A DNA stretch of 50,138 nucleotides from an uncultured virus (IMG/VR IMGVR_UViG_2875207988_000001). Taxonomy: Duplodnaviria; Heunggongvirae; Uroviricota; Caudoviricetes. Positions 1-8,716 of the stretch are shown here, one piece after another. Both the position numbers and the translations under genes were made by a program. Within the stretch, counting starts at the first letter, position 1, and the number at the start of each line of letters is the position of its first letter. The DNA is taken from positions 1-50,138 of the IMG/VR virus record IMGVR_UViG_2875207988_000001. One strand, written 5' to 3'. Below the pieces are notes generated by a model, which worked only from the letters and a program-made list of their open reading frames with translations, searched no databases and was not told where the DNA came from.

Positions 1-1053
1 TTATTTGACAAATTTGTTAATTTTTTTGTTGCCACTAATAAATAATCCATTAGCCAACTGAATCCGCGTTGTGTCTCCGTACTTGACGATCTTAGCGGCA
101 TCAAACTCAGTCCCAGCTGGCTGCCAGTCCACAACATGTTTGAGGGCCTTATCTTTGTACCGATGAGTGCCGCGCACGGACTTTACCCGTTTGACACCAC
201 CATCAACGGAATAGTATAAGCGATTGACGTTGGCTTGGTTAGACGTGATGTAATAGCCATTTGCTAACTGGAATCGGGTAATTTTACCATAGGTTACCAC
301 TTTAGCAATCGCAAATACGGTGCCGGCTGGGAAGTTGTCTACTTTGTGCTTGAATGCAACGTCCTTGTAGCGATTGATAGCTGTCCTGGCGTAGATCATC
401 TTGGGATTATACCGGTAGTAGATGGCCTTCTTCGGCTTAGCTACATGAGTGGTAGTGCCATAGTAGTAGTTTGAGTACATTTGGGACACATCGAAACCAC
501 CATAGCACCCGGGGAATTTATGGGTACTGGTCCACTGCCAACCATTATAACTACCATAAAGCTTTAGCCCAGCAGGGTTTGACGGGTAATTGGCAATCCA
601 CCCACCACGACTCGAATTGTTGAGTGGCATTGAGTTGGTCCAAGACCCCATGGTGTAGACATCGGTCTTGGGATAACCCATGCGCTTAACCTCAGCAACC
701 CATGCTTTAATGATCGCAGCGTTTCGTGACCAACCGGAGTTAGTAGCTTCAAAGTCCAACACAATCACTGCATCTTTACCGAGTCCCGCGTTGAACGCAC
801 AGCGAGCCGCCATCTGAGCTTCTGCCTTGGCTCCCGCCACAGTAGTGAACCGCGCAAAGTGATAGCCGTTGACGTGCAAACCGGATTTGACTGCGTTTCG
901 GATACTTGTCTTAGCTGTTTGGTCCGTAAAAAAAGTGCCCTCCGATAGCTTTGCGACCATCGCGCGGACACCATATTTTTTCATCGATAGCCAATTAGCT
1001 TTAGTCATGATTCCGTTATTATTTGACGTATCGACCATATCTAATCGGGGCAT
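1..1053 (-). CDS. Endolysin, GH25 muramidase with two C-terminal cell-wall-binding repeats (DUF5776-like)
   Basis: DMVDTSNNNG, KLSEGT, GYHFARF, LDFE and WQWTS GH25 motifs; duplicated C-terminal RYKD..F..GT.F..AK.V.YG..TR.QLANG repeat. Confidence 0.92.
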   Translation of the reverse strand: MPRLDMVDTSNNNGIMTKANWLSMKKYGVRAMVAKLSEGTFFTDQTAKTSIRNAVKSGLHVNGYHFARFTTVAGAKAEAQMAARCAFNAGLGKDAVIVLDFEATNSGWSRNAAIIKAWVAEVKRMGYPKTDVYTMGSWTNSMPLNNSSRGGWIANYPSNPAGLKLYGSYNGWQWTSTHKFPGCYGGFDVSQMYSNYYYGTTTHVAKPKKAIYYRYNPKMIYARTAINRYKDVAFKHKVDNFPAGTVFAIAKVVTYGKITRFQLANGYYITSNQANVNRLYYSVDGGVKRVKSVRGTHRYKDKALKHVVDWQPAGTEFDAAKIVKYGDTTRIQLANGLFISGNKKINKFVK

Positions 1054-1568
1054 TACTTAGCATCTCCATCCGTTGGGGCTTGAGTAGTAGCCGGGACATT
1101 TAAGGGAGCGACTACAGCATCAGCCTTAGCTTTCTGTTCGGCCAATTGTACCTCTTTATCTGCGAACGCTTGCTCTGTGGCCGCCTGACCCTCATCAAAT
1201 TTGACTTGTTTCTCTTGTGCCACAGTGTTTTGAGTGGTCATCAATTGATAGGCCTTTTCGATAGCAGCTGAGATAATAGCTGGATCAACATTATGGCCTA
1301 AACCGTTAAGCTGACTGGTGACATCTGCAACAGCTTTTTCCCGCTTTTCATCGCCAGGCATTTCATAAGATGCCGACAGCAGATGAACCGCATTGCTTGC
1401 CAGATTGTCCAGTAGACCAAGAACTTCACGCTGGTTGGCGGATTTATTGGATGCAATCTTAGTTTTTACGGCTGGATTAATTCGATTGAACCATGCTACA
1501 AACAAAAAGATAACGATGCCTAAAATACCGGTATCGCTCAACAATTGGATAATTTTGGTGATATTCAT
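1053..1568 (-). CDS. Holin, LL-H family
   Basis: N-terminal TM segment, G.EKREKAV...I.AAIEKAY motif, adjacent to endolysin. Confidence 0.8.
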   Translation of the reverse strand: MNITKIIQLLSDTGILGIVIFLFVAWFNRINPAVKTKIASNKSANQREVLGLLDNLASNAVHLLSASYEMPGDEKREKAVADVTSQLNGLGHNVDPAIISAAIEKAYQLMTTQNTVAQEKQVKFDEGQAATEQAFADKEVQLAEQKAKADAVVAPLNVPATTQAPTDGDAK

Positions 1569-1969
1569 TTTTTATCATTTTCCTTTCCAACATTTTCAGC
1601 CATCTTTTTAAATCGAATTCGCAAAAAGTCAGGAATCGGGAAACCCATGACTTCAAGGTTTTCTAGAATTGAAATGGCATACTCTGCGATATAAAAAAGG
1701 ACGACTGAATTTGAAATGGTATCAAATCCGAGAACGTCCAAAACTGGATAAATAGTAATTACTAAAAGCATGATTAACAAATGTTTAGCGAGGCCATACA
1801 GCCCGATTGAGCTGTCTGCCTTGTGTTTAGCGCGCGGTGAAAAGGATTTAACAATCCCCGTCAACAGGTCGGCCATAACCGCCCATAGGAACGCTTCGAT
1901 AAACGGGTTATCAACCATACGCGAAGCAGCGCCTATCACGAGCGACCACCCAAAAGGGGTTGGTGGCAT
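1565..1969 (-). CDS. Holin (phage holin 4_1 type)
   Basis: DLLTGIVKS...SSIG..GLAKH...YAISILENL..MG.PIP motif, TM segments. Confidence 0.85.
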   Translation of the reverse strand: MPPTPFGWSLVIGAASRMVDNPFIEAFLWAVMADLLTGIVKSFSPRAKHKADSSIGLYGLAKHLLIMLLVITIYPVLDVLGFDTISNSVVLFYIAEYAISILENLEVMGFPIPDFLRIRFKKMAENVGKENDKK

Positions 1970-2025
1970 ACTACATCATCTCTTTCCCACAAAAAATCCC
2001 ATCAAAAAAGCACCAATCATCAATC

Positions 2026-2196
2026 CTAGGCCACAGGCGTAGAAGATGAATCGGTGCTGGTAGAGTTTTTTGCGGAGCCAAGGACATTTTTCACATCGTC
2101 CTGCAAGTAAGCTGGGACTTCTTCAATAGTACGACCACCGTCCAAAACGTTGGCGGCATAGATAGCGGCTAAAGCTGAAAATTTAAAGTTTAACAT
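2026..2196 (-). CDS. Small phage protein, CD1375-like (56 aa, MLNFKFSALAAIYAANVLDGGRTIEEVPAYLQDDV...)
   Basis: Hand-translated ORF below track cutoff; AAGGAG RBS; IYA..I..G.RTIE.VP motif. Confidence 0.75.
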   Translation of the reverse strand: MLNFKFSALAAIYAANVLDGGRTIEEVPAYLQDDVKNVLGSAKNSTSTDSSSTPVA

Positions 2197-2210
2197 AGTT
2201 TATTATCTCC

Positions 2211-2348
2211 TTATTTGTTTGATTGTAACTGCGTCAAAACGGCTTGTGTATCAGACCGAAACGGGACTGGTACGGCTTCAATAGTCCGTGTGCCATCAAT
2301 AATTGCTTGCGCGTAAATCTGCGCCAATGCAGAATATTCCATTGCCAT
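2211..2348 (-). CDS. Small phage protein, CD1375-like paralog (45 aa, MAMEYSALAQIYAQAIIDGTRTIEAVPVPFR...)
   Basis: Hand-translated; AGGAGGTG RBS; paralog of 2026..2196. Confidence 0.75.
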   Translation of the reverse strand: MAMEYSALAQIYAQAIIDGTRTIEAVPVPFRSDTQAVLTQLQSNK

Positions 2349-2354
2349 CACCTC

Positions 2355-2819
2355 CTAGGATTCACTTGCTTCTGAACTGGCTGGAGCCGCTGAACTTGTT
2401 GCAGTTGAATCAGTGCCAGTCGTGGTGCTAGCCGGTGTTAGTTGTGAAGATAAGTAATCGACAGCTTCCATCAACCCCTGCTGAGTAAGTTCGTTAGCCG
2501 ACTTCAATTCCTCATTACCTGTCTTTAACGCCTCGTTGTCAGCCTTGAGTTGAATATTGTCTGTCGTCAATTCTTTAATTTGATCAGCCTGATTAGAGAT
2601 AGTCAGCCGTAACATGGCCTGTGAATGTGAGGGCAATTCTTGAGGACTTTGTAGCTCCCCATTGGAGTCCCAGTAGTAGAGTCCCCAGTTTTCTAAGAAG
2701 TAATCCTTCTCAATACTTGTGATTGTAACCGCGATAAGACCATCTGCTGAGTCTAGCTTAGGTAACTCCGCCACCCGGTTATTATCACCTTTTTTAACGT
2801 AGTACGTATATGCTTCCAT
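2355..2819 (-). CDS. Phage protein with coiled coil (possible tail-fibre assembly factor)
   Basis: AAGGAGG RBS; position between RBPs and lysis module; heptad region. Confidence 0.55.
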   Translation of the reverse strand: MEAYTYYVKKGDNNRVAELPKLDSADGLIAVTITSIEKDYFLENWGLYYWDSNGELQSPQELPSHSQAMLRLTISNQADQIKELTTDNIQLKADNEALKTGNEELKSANELTQQGLMEAVDYLSSQLTPASTTTGTDSTATSSAAPASSEASES

Positions 2820-2831
2820 AATTTTCCTCCT

Positions 2832-3425
2832 TTAATAAGCATTGATTCCATTGATTGTTGCATAATATGTGACTCTGAATGAGTGATAACCAGCAATTCC
2901 TGATGCTTCACCAGTCATGGTTGAACACAAAGTAGCATTTAGAACCGAAGCACCCGACTCAGCAGTTCCTGTGGCACTATAAAACTCAATGGTTCCGTCA
3001 TTATATCTACAATAAATGTTTCTTGACTCCCAGCTTGTTTTTGCGGTCGCGAGTAATACAGACTTCCCGCCAGCAAGCTGCCTCTTGTTCACTTGCACTG
3101 TATCTGAACCAGTGAAGATAGCTGAAAAATCTCCGAAATCGGTAGATTTACCAAAAGCAGAATCCGCATCACAAGATAAAATTTTTCCAAATGAAATAGT
3201 GATTCCATTTTCGACTTTTGATAAATCCAACTGGTAGCTATTTTGTGTAGTCATGACTGTATCTGACGCCCAGCTCACTGATCCAATCGCTCGATTCAAT
3301 TCCAATATAATCATTCCCTTAGATAACTTACTGGAAAAAAACAAATCATTATTGGAATACACTTTATTGATTTTACGAGGTCCAAAAATTTGCTTAACGT
3401 TTTTACCATTATGATAGATAGCCAT
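2832..3425 (-). CDS. Putative receptor-binding/tail-tip protein 3
   Basis: MAIYHNGKNVKQIFG..KINKVY N-terminus typical of fibre-tip proteins; beta-rich; follows tail fibre. Confidence 0.6.
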   Translation of the reverse strand: MAIYHNGKNVKQIFGPRKINKVYSNNDLFFSSKLSKGMIILELNRAIGSVSWASDTVMTTQNSYQLDLSKVENGITISFGKILSCDADSAFGKSTDFGDFSAIFTGSDTVQVNKRQLAGGKSVLLATAKTSWESRNIYCRYNDGTIEFYSATGTAESGASVLNATLCSTMTGEASGIAGYHSFRVTYYATINGINAY

Positions 3426-3471
3426 CAGCAGCCACCTACCTTTATCTGATAGGAGTTGCTATCGCAGTGGT

Positions 3472-3519
3472 TCAGACGGGCTTCCGCCCCCCCTCCCCAT
3501 CATTTACACGGTTAATCAT
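3472..3519 (-). CDS. Poly-G leader peptide 2 (MINRVNDGEGGRKPV*; +1 G extends it to a TGA overlapping the ATG at 3425)
   Basis: TAGGAGG RBS, GGGGAGGGGGGG tract 3487-3498, hand translation of all frames. Confidence 0.7.
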   Translation of the reverse strand: MINRVNDGEGGRKPV

Positions 3520-3531
3520 TATACATTCCTC

Positions 3532-4152
3532 CTAAATTGCTTCTATCTTGGTTAAAACCGGATATCCATAAAGATAATTGGCACCAAAGGTATCCCACTG
3601 CTTTGACATTACCCAACCACCATTATCTTTAAAAGAAACTCCATGTTGACCTAGCACTAGCTTGTCTATGCCATCGCTCAAAGCCACAAATGCTGTCAAA
3701 GATGGGTTCGGCCAATCTGTAGTAATGTCGGTGGGGTTAAAGACCGTTGACTCATTAGCAGAATTCAACAGTTGTGGTCGCATTAAGGTCACCGTTGTTG
3801 GGTATTTCATCCATGTGCCATCAGCGGCCATGCCGTCAGAGGTAGTTTCTCCGCTTCGGAAATAGAACTTAAGCCCACTATCATAAGTCTTTTTGATGAC
3901 TGCTGTGCCAAAGGTCAAGCGAATTCCACGTAAATCTTTGAAGGCAATCGGCAGTTCTAAAGGTGCTGCCAGCTTAGTCACGCCGGTTGGTAAGGACATA
4001 CTTCCCGTGGAAAATAATGATTCCCCGGACCACAGAACTGAACTTGGTAACGCGTAATCGTGATAGGCATGTTGTCCCTTGCTATTGGCATCAACAATTT
4101 TGCTTCTGTGATACCACTTAGTCACCGTCCCAGATTTTTTGTAGATTGCCAT
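3532..4152 (-). CDS. Putative receptor-binding/tail-tip protein 2
   Basis: MAIYKK N-terminus shared with neighbours; VLWSG and C-terminal LTKIEAI features seen in phage RBP heads. Confidence 0.6.
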   Translation of the reverse strand: MAIYKKSGTVTKWYHRSKIVDANSKGQHAYHDYALPSSVLWSGESLFSTGSMSLPTGVTKLAAPLELPIAFKDLRGIRLTFGTAVIKKTYDSGLKFYFRSGETTSDGMAADGTWMKYPTTVTLMRPQLLNSANESTVFNPTDITTDWPNPSLTAFVALSDGIDKLVLGQHGVSFKDNGGWVMSKQWDTFGANYLYGYPVLTKIEAI

Positions 4153-4221
4153 TACTGACCACCTACTTTTACTTTACATAACTGTGAGTTGAGGTGGCCT
4201 AAAGACTGATATAGCGGTCTT

Positions 4222-4263
4222 TTACCCCCCCCCCCCATCATAAATAGAGTTAACTATTTTCAT
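4222..4263 (-). CDS. Poly-G leader peptide 1 (MKIVNSIYDGGGG*; -1 G extends it to a TAA overlapping the ATG at 4152)
   Basis: TAGGAGGAG RBS, G12 tract 4225-4236, hand translation of all frames. Confidence 0.7.
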   Translation of the reverse strand: MKIVNSIYDGGGG

Positions 4264-4275
4264 TTCTTTCTCCTC

Positions 4276-5289
4276 CTAAAATTGATGATAATGTTGAATA
4301 ACCGTTGCTGATGACCCATCACGAACGCCCCAAATGTAAATATCGGTCGCATTAGCATCGAAATACGCTCCGCCGACTATATCAGTTGCTTGATTCATAA
4401 CTTCATTGCCATCGTAATCTAGCTTATAAATCGATGACTTTACACCATCTTGCGTTACCGTATCCAAATAGACAAAACGACCATCACTTTTAGCGCTATT
4501 CCAATAGATACTTGAATAATTAATCGTCTTAATCTTGGTGAGTTTACCATTTAATAATTCATAAATCTGAATTGCCGTTGAAGAAAAAACAAAATAATGA
4601 TCTTTGACCACTGCTAGACCCACTGCTGAATTTTGTCCACCGGTAGATGCTGATGTAACTTGTTTCAAAGTGGTCGCATTTAGTATTGTTAGGTTATCAT
4701 TTTGTGCTATTCCAATCATGCCATCGCTATAAACTGAGTGATAACCAGAAGACATAGATACTTTTACGTCTTGGTGCAATGTGTCGCGATTATAAAGAAA
4801 AAGATTACCGTACTCGGCGTCATAAACCAGATATTGATTGGAATCCGGTAAGTCTAAGCTGACTCCTACGTTTGAGCCAGTGCTTACAGCTACTGATGCG
4901 ATTGTCACACCGTCCATTGTTTTCTTGTAAATAGCTCCTTGCTTACTAAAGACAATGTTCCCTTCTGAATCATAAAGTGGCGGAAAAGCACTTGCACTGC
5001 CATAATCCATAATTGTTTTCATGTTATACGGCCGATCCGTGCCTAACGTGTATCTCCGAAGCTCACTAGATGAATTACCAGAGTAACTGACAAACCAAGA
5101 AGCAAAGAGATACCGATTATCTGGGGACACAGTGAATCCAAATAAATCAGAAATCGTCAAAGTCTCAACCAATTCCAAAGAGTTTCGTGTACTAGCAAAA
5201 ATTTTAGGTCCATGTCGGTTGGCATACTCGGTCTTTTTATTTTTCGAGTGCCAAGAAAATACCTGACCATCTCTTTTAAAAATTGCCAT
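4276..5289 (-). CDS. Putative receptor-binding protein 1, beta-propeller-like
   Basis: MAIFKR N-terminus; SPDNRYLF, DSEGNIV and SDGRFVY blade-like motifs; direct RBS after fibre gene. Confidence 0.62.
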   Translation of the reverse strand: MAIFKRDGQVFSWHSKNKKTEYANRHGPKIFASTRNSLELVETLTISDLFGFTVSPDNRYLFASWFVSYSGNSSSELRRYTLGTDRPYNMKTIMDYGSASAFPPLYDSEGNIVFSKQGAIYKKTMDGVTIASVAVSTGSNVGVSLDLPDSNQYLVYDAEYGNLFLYNRDTLHQDVKVSMSSGYHSVYSDGMIGIAQNDNLTILNATTLKQVTSASTGGQNSAVGLAVVKDHYFVFSSTAIQIYELLNGKLTKIKTINYSSIYWNSAKSDGRFVYLDTVTQDGVKSSIYKLDYDGNEVMNQATDIVGGAYFDANATDIYIWGVRDGSSATVIQHYHQF

Positions 5290-5298
5290 AATAGCCTC

Positions 5299-6828
5299 CT
5301 ATTCCTCAGTCGTGTAGTTGTGCAATGGGTCAGCTGCTGCCTTAGAAGCTGCTGTAGCCTCATCAGCCACTGCGGTGAAGTATGCCTGATTATCAATGGT
5401 TAGGCCATCAGTAGCGCTAATATTGAGCATATGGTCACCAAGTTTGACCCCGCCCGGCAAGCTTAGTGTGATTGCCGTTCCATCAGGTAGACAAATCTCA
5501 CCTGTTGCGACGTTAATGGCCAGCGGAACAAACGTGTTTCCGTTTGCTGCGATTTTGTTGGCACCCGCGCCTATAGCAAGCGAATCTTGATTTGGCATGT
5601 GCCAACCAGACCACGTGAGAGGTTTACCTGACAAAATGTTGATGAGAACATTGCCTTTCACATCTCTATACTCTAGTGTCTTGTTAGCACCGCTTAGTGT
5701 CTTATGGACTACTAGCGCACCCCAGTTGATACCAGTATTTTCAAGGTCAGGGGCATTCTTAGGCAGTGGACCACTTATGGTATATGAACCATAATCAAGC
5801 GTCAGCACATCATCGCTTGCCGTCAGCGTCGTCTTAACAATCACACTTGGGTCAATGTCAGACTTCTTAGTTAAGATGTCATAGTTGACTTGTCCATCTA
5901 CTAAGGTAATGGAAATAAAATCGCCATCAGCGCTGACACAGTACCCCACGCCATTTTTAACGCTGGAAATCGACATGGTGCCTTGAATTGAAGAGCTCAC
6001 TGGATTACCAGTTATGCCAGCGGCACACCAAAAGGTGTGAATTCCAAGCGGTCGCCCAGCAATCCACATCGTGACGTTGCCACCATCCTTGGCATACAAA
6101 AAGGACTTCGGTGAGCCATCATCAGCAGAAATTTTTGCCTTCTGCCAGTTAGCAGTGTCCGCAGCCTTGACCTTGTCGCTAACCTGCGCGTCCGCGTATT
6201 CCTTGGCCGACTTGAGTGTTTCCGCGTCGCCATCGGCTAAATTCTTGGTGGTAGCGATATCATCAGGAATTAGGCCTGCTACTTCATCTTTTTTTACGTA
6301 GTCATCCAATGCGGCCTTAAAATTGCTATCAAGCACGTACTGTTTTAGAATTCCCTCAAGTTCTTCGTTAGAGATAGAGCCATCTGGAGAGATGACTATG
6401 TTGACATTATCTGCTGAACCGACATGCACCTTTAACCAGAAATTAGTTCCGACAACTGTTTTTCCGTCTTGAGCCACAATTAAATCGGGTTTAGCAGCAG
6501 TGGCAATTCCATATAAGACTTCGTCACCATCCTCGCTTTTTGCAAAAATAGCCAGCCCGCAAAGCAAATAATCTGCAGTAACATCTTGATTAGTGACTTT
6601 AACCGGAACATTAACTGTGTGATCGTCTTGCACGCTCACAACGCAAATTGGTAAGTCTTGAACCACACTATCCAATTTTGTGATCGATTTTAACTCGTCT
6701 GATGTCATGGATGACATATCCTTATCAGTCGTCTGTGCATGTGTGTACTGAATTTTTTTACCTGATAAGGTCTGCGCTGACAATTGATAGCCCGCGTCTG
6801 TGATAACTAATTGGTTCCATTTAGCCAT
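5299..6828 (-). CDS. Tail fibre protein (baseplate-anchoring N-terminus, pyocin-knob-like region)
   Basis: MAKWNQLVIT.AG..L and GLAIFA...E.LYGI myovirus fibre N-terminus; position after baseplate. Confidence 0.8.
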   Translation of the reverse strand: MAKWNQLVITDAGYQLSAQTLSGKKIQYTHAQTTDKDMSSMTSDELKSITKLDSVVQDLPICVVSVQDDHTVNVPVKVTNQDVTADYLLCGLAIFAKSEDGDEVLYGIATAAKPDLIVAQDGKTVVGTNFWLKVHVGSADNVNIVISPDGSISNEELEGILKQYVLDSNFKAALDDYVKKDEVAGLIPDDIATTKNLADGDAETLKSAKEYADAQVSDKVKAADTANWQKAKISADDGSPKSFLYAKDGGNVTMWIAGRPLGIHTFWCAAGITGNPVSSSIQGTMSISSVKNGVGYCVSADGDFISITLVDGQVNYDILTKKSDIDPSVIVKTTLTASDDVLTLDYGSYTISGPLPKNAPDLENTGINWGALVVHKTLSGANKTLEYRDVKGNVLINILSGKPLTWSGWHMPNQDSLAIGAGANKIAANGNTFVPLAINVATGEICLPDGTAITLSLPGGVKLGDHMLNISATDGLTIDNQAYFTAVADEATAASKAAADPLHNYTTEE

Positions 6829-7540
6829 GTCTTACCTCCTCACTTTCAATTTGATATTTTGTGACAACTTGCTGTGCTGAACGTAAATAGGACGTATTTG
6901 TAATGTTTCTTTCGATCATTTGTGTATCAACATCACTTGTCAAGACCACTGAGTTCATAGTTCGCAACACCGTATCGACGCACGCATCCCCGTTAAGGCT
7001 AACAACAAAAGAGACGTTTGATAGAGTAACTCCCAGCACTAGCGAATTTTGCAACTCTTTCAAGAACTCCGAAATAATTTCAGGATGTTCAACTGCGTCT
7101 AAAGGCAGGTTCTTCACTGAAGCGTGGAACGGTTCTCCAACCGCAGTTCCGTCCGGCTTAAGTTGATAATCGTTTGTAACTTGGAAATCATGAGGATCAA
7201 CATTGAATGCCGCTGAAACAATCCGAATAATCTCATTAGGAGTTCCTTGTGACGTGCGATTACTTGATTTGAGTTTGAGCAAGAACCGATACAGATCATC
7301 GGATTTACCCGCTCGATCTAATCCCCAGTCATCCCCATAATCGTCAAGCTGACCGCCTTGCATGTTATCCAAGGCAGTAATGCGTTCCATGGTCTCGGAG
7401 TCCTCAATGTCGTTGTATAAGAACTTGTCAAAGACTCGCATCATCCGTTCAGTTGGACTACCAAGAGTCGTGTTGATCCGATTGGTAGGAACAGCTAGCA
7501 CCTCGTCTTCGTGGTAAAGTTCAAATTCTGACTTACCCAT
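6821..7540 (-). CDS. Baseplate wedge protein (DUF2612/DUF2313-like)
   Basis: G.QLD.YG..WGL.R...DD.YR..L motif; follows baseplate J. Confidence 0.75.
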   Translation of the reverse strand: MGKSEFELYHEDEVLAVPTNRINTTLGSPTERMMRVFDKFLYNDIEDSETMERITALDNMQGGQLDDYGDDWGLDRAGKSDDLYRFLLKLKSSNRTSQGTPNEIIRIVSAAFNVDPHDFQVTNDYQLKPDGTAVGEPFHASVKNLPLDAVEHPEIISEFLKELQNSLVLGVTLSNVSFVVSLNGDACVDTVLRTMNSVVLTSDVDTQMIERNITNTSYLRSAQQVVTKYQIESEEVRHG

Positions 7541-8699
7541 TAATCGTCACCTCAATTACTTCATCACTTGTTTCGCCGACCGCGAAGTTATCAAGTTGAA
7601 TATCGCTTCGTTTCAAATTGTCCTTGGAAGTTCCCCACTCCAAATCCGTAATGTTGCTGACTGACTCTACATCATAAATAACTCCAAATAGCTGAGTGTA
7701 CTTGAGCTTATCGCCCATGCTGAACTCATCCATCCATGCTTGAATGCTATCCTGAATATCTTGGATAACTTCGCCAGTGGTCATCTCTCCGATATCACCC
7801 AGGTCAACAGAAATCTTCACATAAATTTGCTGAGTTGAGCCTACAGAAAAGGCGACGTGATTGACGTCGCCATTATCTAGTGGAATATTGAATTCTTGAT
7901 CCCCAGTCAACGTAATCCCTAGTGCAACATTGTCGGAGATGGTCTGAGCAACTTGTTGTTCGTCCCCACCCAAGATATAGAGATGCGTTGTGTACGCCGG
8001 ATCTCCTGCAACTGTTGGTGGATTCGAATTAACGATGTGCCGGAAACTTCTAACTCCGGCCACCTCAAATAATGCCGTTGCAATGCCATTAGGCGTTGGC
8101 GATTTGATGGCATTTTGTGTCATGAGAACACGCCGCCGTAAACTGTAATCCGTCTCCATGTCAGCTCCGCCAGTCGCAGCGGTTGGGTTTGTTACCTCCG
8201 TGATTTCTTCGACGAAGGTTACCTGATCCGTGATTGTATTGGCATCGCAGTTATACTCTTCACCGGTTTCCTCGGCATCAACTTTAACCGTGACAGTTCC
8301 ATCAAGACCAATCGTAACTTCTTCTTCAGTTAGATAGTATCGGTCCTGATTATTGCTAAACATGGTTTCGGCATCAACAACGTAGCCTGCGACCCCTTTG
8401 ATAACCAATTGTGTTGTCGCGTAGGCTGATGTGCTTCTTGCAATTCCCACGTTACTTGCTAACCGGTCAAGCTGTACTCCCTCTGCTAGCAGAATAAAGC
8501 GAGAATCGTATAGATCTTGCTTGGTTAAGTCTGATTCGGCGAGCTGACGCGCTAACGATTCTGCAAAGGTCTCAACGTAAGACCCGGTGGATAAGTCAGC
8601 ATCTGGCCCTAGATTTTCTGCTTTCAGTAGCTCTGTTTGGATTGCCAACAGCCATTCTTCATAAGTTTTGGGCTCGAACCCAGTTAGTGTCATTGGCAC
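7533..8699 (-). CDS. Baseplate J/gp47 family protein
   Basis: AEGVQLDRL..N.GI.R, VTNPTAATGGAD.ETD..LR.R motifs. Confidence 0.92.
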   Translation of the reverse strand: MPMTLTGFEPKTYEEWLLAIQTELLKAENLGPDADLSTGSYVETFAESLARQLAESDLTKQDLYDSRFILLAEGVQLDRLASNVGIARSTSAYATTQLVIKGVAGYVVDAETMFSNNQDRYYLTEEEVTIGLDGTVTVKVDAEETGEEYNCDANTITDQVTFVEEITEVTNPTAATGGADMETDYSLRRRVLMTQNAIKSPTPNGIATALFEVAGVRSFRHIVNSNPPTVAGDPAYTTHLYILGGDEQQVAQTISDNVALGITLTGDQEFNIPLDNGDVNHVAFSVGSTQQIYVKISVDLGDIGEMTTGEVIQDIQDSIQAWMDEFSMGDKLKYTQLFGVIYDVESVSNITDLEWGTSKDNLKRSDIQLDNFAVGETSDEVIEVTING

Positions 8700-8716
8700 C
8701 AGTAATTACCTCCTTT

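Noticed and set aside
3425..4263. Poly-G tracts fusing the leaders in frame to the RBPs
   Set aside because: Every frame after each tract reaches a stop before or overlapping the RBP ATG, so coupling rather than fusion is the only option
2832..5289. Shufflon/invertase or diversity-generating retroelement acting on the RBP array
   Set aside because: All RBP genes are co-oriented; I saw no invertase, reverse transcriptase, crossover repeats or TR/VR pair in the window
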